Shown piece after piece: positions 60,409 through 64,000 of a stretch of 64,000 nucleotides of DNA (the stretch's first letter is position 1; each line of letters begins with the position of its first letter). Position numbers and translations under genes: made by a program. Below the pieces are notes generated by a model, which was not told where the DNA came from, searched no databases, and saw only the letters and a list, made by a program, of their open reading frames with translations. Origin of the DNA: Naegleria gruberi (taxonomy: Eukaryota); the NCBI GenBank assembly GCA_000004985.1, contig GG738855.1. One strand, given 5' to 3'.

Positions 60409-62902
60409 TTAAGCTTGGAAGATGAGGAAGAGTAAGAATCTGAAAATACCTCCTGTGAAAACTGAAATTGGTGCAGGAATTGTGTAGACAGAGTGCATGC
60501 AAACTGAAAGCAAAACAGCAATGGTTGCGTAAACATTGGTATTCACAGCAGATTTCCACAATAATAAAATTGCTGCATAGACAAAACCAATGGCTGTAGC
60601 ATTAATACCAGCTAAAATCTTTTGAGCCATTGCATTTTCTCTGTACTTTCTCCAAAGAGGAAGTAATCCCCAAATGAAAAAGAAACCTGGTAAGAAGAGA
60701 CCCATCCAAGCGAGGAGAGCTCCTTGCCAACCACCAATACATGCTCCAACAAAGGCAGAGAAATTAAATAGTGGTCCAGGGAGTGAGCTAATAAGAGAGA
60801 ATCCATTCAAAAATTGTCTTTCAGTAATCAATTGATGTTTGATACCAAATTCATTATAAATGAGAGGAATGACTGTTGTTCCACCTCCAAATACTGTCGA
60901 GCCCATTCTGAAGAATCCTTCAAATAGTAAAAGATACTTCCACTTTGTAAATTGTTTCACAACAAAGAGTATCAGGTATAAAATACAGAAAGAGCAAAGC
61001 ATGATAACACCTGAAATTGGTTTGTCATTTCCAAACTTTTTAAAGAACTTTTTAACACGTTCCTTAAAGGAGAGACGAGGTTGAATAGCTTCTTCAAAGG
61101 AGTTTTGCAAATCGACTGATGACGGAGTATCTACAGACACATTGTTCGTATTGATAATAATTCGTTGTGCATTATTTTCTTCCAATTCCTCCTCTTGGGT
61201 ATTTACAGTGGAGAAGGTTTCATCAGTTTCATTGTCGTTTTGAATTGTGGCAGGAAGAGGCTTTTTCCATAAGGTTGAAACGAAGAGGTAGTATTTTTTC
61301 AATAATTTCTTCCAATTTGGTGCATTAGGATTTGATTGAAGGGTTTCAAGTTTTCTCAATTCTTCCTCAGGTATTCTTTCTTTCATTCTAGAGCTAATCA
61401 AGTTTGTTTCCAAGTAGGAGTAGAAAATGGTCGAGAGAGCACCAGTAAACATGAGAATGACGAGCATCCAATTTTGTTGGACCATCAAGAAGCACGTGCA
61501 GGAAGCAATCATCAATACCTTGAAGAGTGTGGTACTGACGTGGAGCTTTGCCTCAGGAGAGATAGCAGAGCATGTCAGCTTCCAAGCTGCATTTATGACA
61601 ATGGCAAGAGCACCACATGAAAAACCATTGATAAGCTTGTTAGCCCAGAGTGGAAGTTGAGCAACAATATCTACCTGACTGGCAATATATCCAGCCATAG
61701 TGAGCACAGAAACACTAGGCAGGGAGTAGAGAATGAAGGCAATAAGTCCACCCAAATATGAATTCAAATACAGAGTACCAATAGAGACAATAATTTGAGT
61801 AGAGGTTGTTCCTGGTAAAGCTTGAGCCAAGGCAAAAAGTTCTGTAAATTCCTTATCAGAAATCCATCTCTTGGAAAAGACAAATTGTTCCTCTATTATA
61901 TTAAGATAAATTATGATAAATAATGTAAAGGTTGCAATATTGTAAAAATTATATAACAATTTCGTAACAACAAAACTTACCCAATAAACCCACATTGGCT
62001 ACAGGACCTCCAAATGAAATAAAACCAAATGGGAAGAAGGCAATGAAGAGATCGAATATTTTCAATCCAAAACTACGATTTTCCAAAGTATTCAATGGCT
62101 GTCTAGCAGTTTCGATATGCAAGACATCATTACTAGGCACTTGTTCAGCATTAGGTGTAGAGGAAAGAATTGAATTATTCATCACTGATTCATTTCTAGG
62201 AATTGACAAAGTATCAACAATTGGTTCTTCAATTTCCTCACTATGATGTGCTATTATTCTATTTGATGTTTCCATTTCAGAATCACTATCATATGGATTA
62301 ATATACTTTCTATGAGTTGTTAACGAGGTTTGTTGAACAGGAAGGAATGATGAATCTCTCTTCTCCACTCTATGATTCAATTCATCATCTTCAGCAAAAT
62401 ATGAATTTGATTTTTCTGTTTGATGATGATCATCGGAAGAGAAGAATTCACTTTGTTCAAATGTTGTTGATGGTCCTGGAACAATTTCATCATCGTATGG
62501 ATTTTTCCATTTTACACCACCATTATTATCAATTGTACTATTAAATGTATTATCAATATGATTATCAATATTAGTAGTAATAGTCGTTGTAGTATTGCTG
62601 TTGCTGTTGTTATTGTATTCAATAAAATCTTCCGTATTGATAATTGTACTTGTTGTATTGTTATTATTAGTTTCATCATTAAAAGACGACACTGATTGTT
62701 CTTCCATTGATTCATTAATTCCCTCATCATTAGCACTGATAATATCCACTAATTGTTGTTCATTGTTATTATTATTATTATTACTAGTAGCATCAAACTC
62801 TTCATCTTCTTGATTTCCTCCTTCGGTATTATTACTATTATTTGCAACAATGGAATTTTCTGGTGTTGGATTAGATTTTTTCTTACGATTCTTTTTGGCC
62901 AT
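60409..62902 (-). CDS. Chromate ion transporter (CHR/ChrA family, two CHR halves) with a ~270-aa Asn/Thr-rich N-terminal extension. Exons 61981..62902 and 60409..61892, 88-nt GTAAGT...AATAG intron.
   Basis: CHR motifs on both halves (FFPFGFISFGGPVANVGLL | EEQFVFSKRW; SLISSLPGPLFNFSAFVGACIGGWQGALLAWMGLFLPGFFFIWGLLPLW). The in-frame splice matches the track ORFs 61949..62902 and 60409..61995. Confidence 0.8.
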
Positions 62903-63079
62903 TTTTTTAATGTTGTTGTTTTTGAATTATCCATGAATTGGATTTTGTTATTGAGAATTGTGAATATTATGTAAGTATTTAATGATTACAATAAAAAAAT
63001 TACTAACATTGATGGATGTTGATGAAATGGTATGGTATGTTGTGAGCTTTGTTGATGTGAACTTATTTCGAAAAAAAAA

Positions 63080-64000
63080 ATGATATACAAGAACACAATT
63101 CAGCCAACCGTCGACATTAATTCAAAATGTTGGCAAGCCGTTTCCATCATCATTTTACTTCTTTTCACAATTTCACAACTTTTAACTAATCTTGCCGAAT
63201 GTTCTGATATTCTCCGCAGTAAATCAGTTTACACATTCGGTCAGAATAATGATAAACAAACTGGTAGAATGACATCTTCTGCAGCAGGTTATTCAATTTC
63301 GTATAACACACTGTTGGATAAAGTACTTTCGAATGGAAGTTTATCTTGGCAAATTGCCAATGAAGGACTTATTGGACTCGATCCGAATGTTTCCGTAAAA
63401 TTGAAAAAAATTGTCAAGGGATTTAGTGCCGTCTTCTTCCTAGTAGAATATTCGAATCTCAATACAAGTCAATCATTGGGAGAATACATCTATGCAATTG
63501 GTAGTAACCAGAATGGTCAAGCATCAATGCTCTATCCACCATTTCTAATATCAGAACCTACATTAATTTACATTTACACAAGTGTTGGAAAGAGTGAAAA
63601 TCCATTTCTTGGAAAGACTTCCATAAAACAAATGGAATGTGTTTATTCATGTTTGATTTTGACATCAGATGGAATTGTTTATAGACATGCAGGTGAGAAT
63701 TACAATCACTATGCAACTGGTCGATGGTATGATAATACATTTCTTCCACTTTCTTATCAAGATCCAGATACAATGCAAACTTTGAATAATGTGAAATATG
63801 AAATGGTAGCAGTGGGTGGTGGTTATGGATATGAAACGTTTTTTGCCTTGACAAATTATGGACATGTGTTTAGTTTTGGTGAATATACTTTTGGTTTGAG
63901 AGGAACATCGAGTTCAATTAGTAGAGATGTTCCAACTTTGATTCCTGGATTGAGAAATATTACATTTATTGCTGCAGGAATGTATACGGATGTAAATTCA
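63080..64000 (+). CDS. RCC1-like repeat protein with an N-terminal signal-peptide-like hydrophobic segment; 3' partial (runs off the window). Absent from the ORF track because it has no stop.
   Basis: ATG at 63080 in an A10 context. Frame open for 307 codons to the window end. N-terminus CWQAVSIIILLLFTISQLL. RCC1-type motifs (KSVYTFGQNNDKQTG; EYIYAIGSNQNGQAS; VAVGGGYGYETFFALTNYGHVFSFGEYTFGLRG; ITFIAAGMYT). Confidence 0.6.
   Translation, partial: MIYKNTIQPTVDINSKCWQAVSIIILLLFTISQLLTNLAECSDILRSKSVYTFGQNNDKQTGRMTSSAAGYSISYNTLLDKVLSNGSLSWQIANEGLIGLDPNVSVKLKKIVKGFSAVFFLVEYSNLNTSQSLGEYIYAIGSNQNGQASMLYPPFLISEPTLIYIYTSVGKSENPFLGKTSIKQMECVYSCLILTSDGIVYRHAGENYNHYATGRWYDNTFLPLSYQDPDTMQTLNNVKYEMVAVGGGYGYETFFALTNYGHVFSFGEYTFGLRGTSSSISRDVPTLIPGLRNITFIAAGMYTDVNS

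Noticed and set aside
1-64000. Prokaryotic-style defence or metabolic system, CRISPR array, operon, transposon or integrated element
   Set aside because: The sequence is eukaryotic nuclear DNA. It has spliceosomal introns, eukaryotic tRNA and 5S genes with Pol III terminators, and no CRISPR-like direct repeats with spacers. I found no transposase, integrase or reverse-transcriptase ORFs, and no terminal inverted repeats or LTRs.

Overview
This window is a gene-dense, AT-rich (about two-thirds A+T) nuclear segment from a unicellular eukaryote. It is not a prokaryotic locus, and I found no CRISPR array, operon or mobile element. Stops are standard (TAA, TGA and TAG all terminate ORFs). Most genes are single-exon. 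Several carry short spliceosomal introns with GTAAGT, GTATGT or GTAGGT donors and YAG acceptors; these range from about 130 nt down to 34-45 nt. Start codons sit in A-rich contexts (AAAAAAATG). Proteins often carry Ser/Thr/Asn/Gln-rich low-complexity segments. I predict about 36 protein-coding genes on both strands. Intergenic spacers are extremely short: convergent stop codons lie 2-5 bp apart and tandem genes 6-21 bp apart. There is one tRNA-Asn(GTT) gene and a 5S rRNA gene that the ORF track cannot show. Confident calls include Arp3, glycyl-tRNA synthetase, the CCA-adding tRNA nucleotidyltransferase, a BAR-RhoGAP, a DH-PH RhoGEF, an E2 ubiquitin-conjugating enzyme, an Argonaute/PIWI protein, an RP2 (XRP2, ARL3-GAP) homolog, a Nudix hydrolase, an RCC1-repeat protein, a chromate (CHR) transporter, an OPT-family transporter, an MFS transporter, a GT8 glycosyltransferase, and a 2272-aa GHKL-ATPase plus SMC-hinge protein (SMCHD1-like). 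The content (RP2, many Rho regulators, F-box proteins, DUF4116 and RCC1 repeats, bacterial-type transporters) suggests a flagellated free-living protist; a heterolobosean such as Naegleria is a possibility I cannot confirm. The ORF track uses GTG/TTG as alternative starts, so I re-anchored several starts to the first in-frame ATG. The most unusual items are the SMCHD1-like giant, an F-box fused to a degenerate Rho-like GTPase domain, a membrane-anchored actin-related protein, a divergent eS1/RPS3A paralog, an Argonaute that may lack the catalytic His, ultra-short introns, and a Pol III mini-cluster (5S rRNA plus tRNA-Asn).
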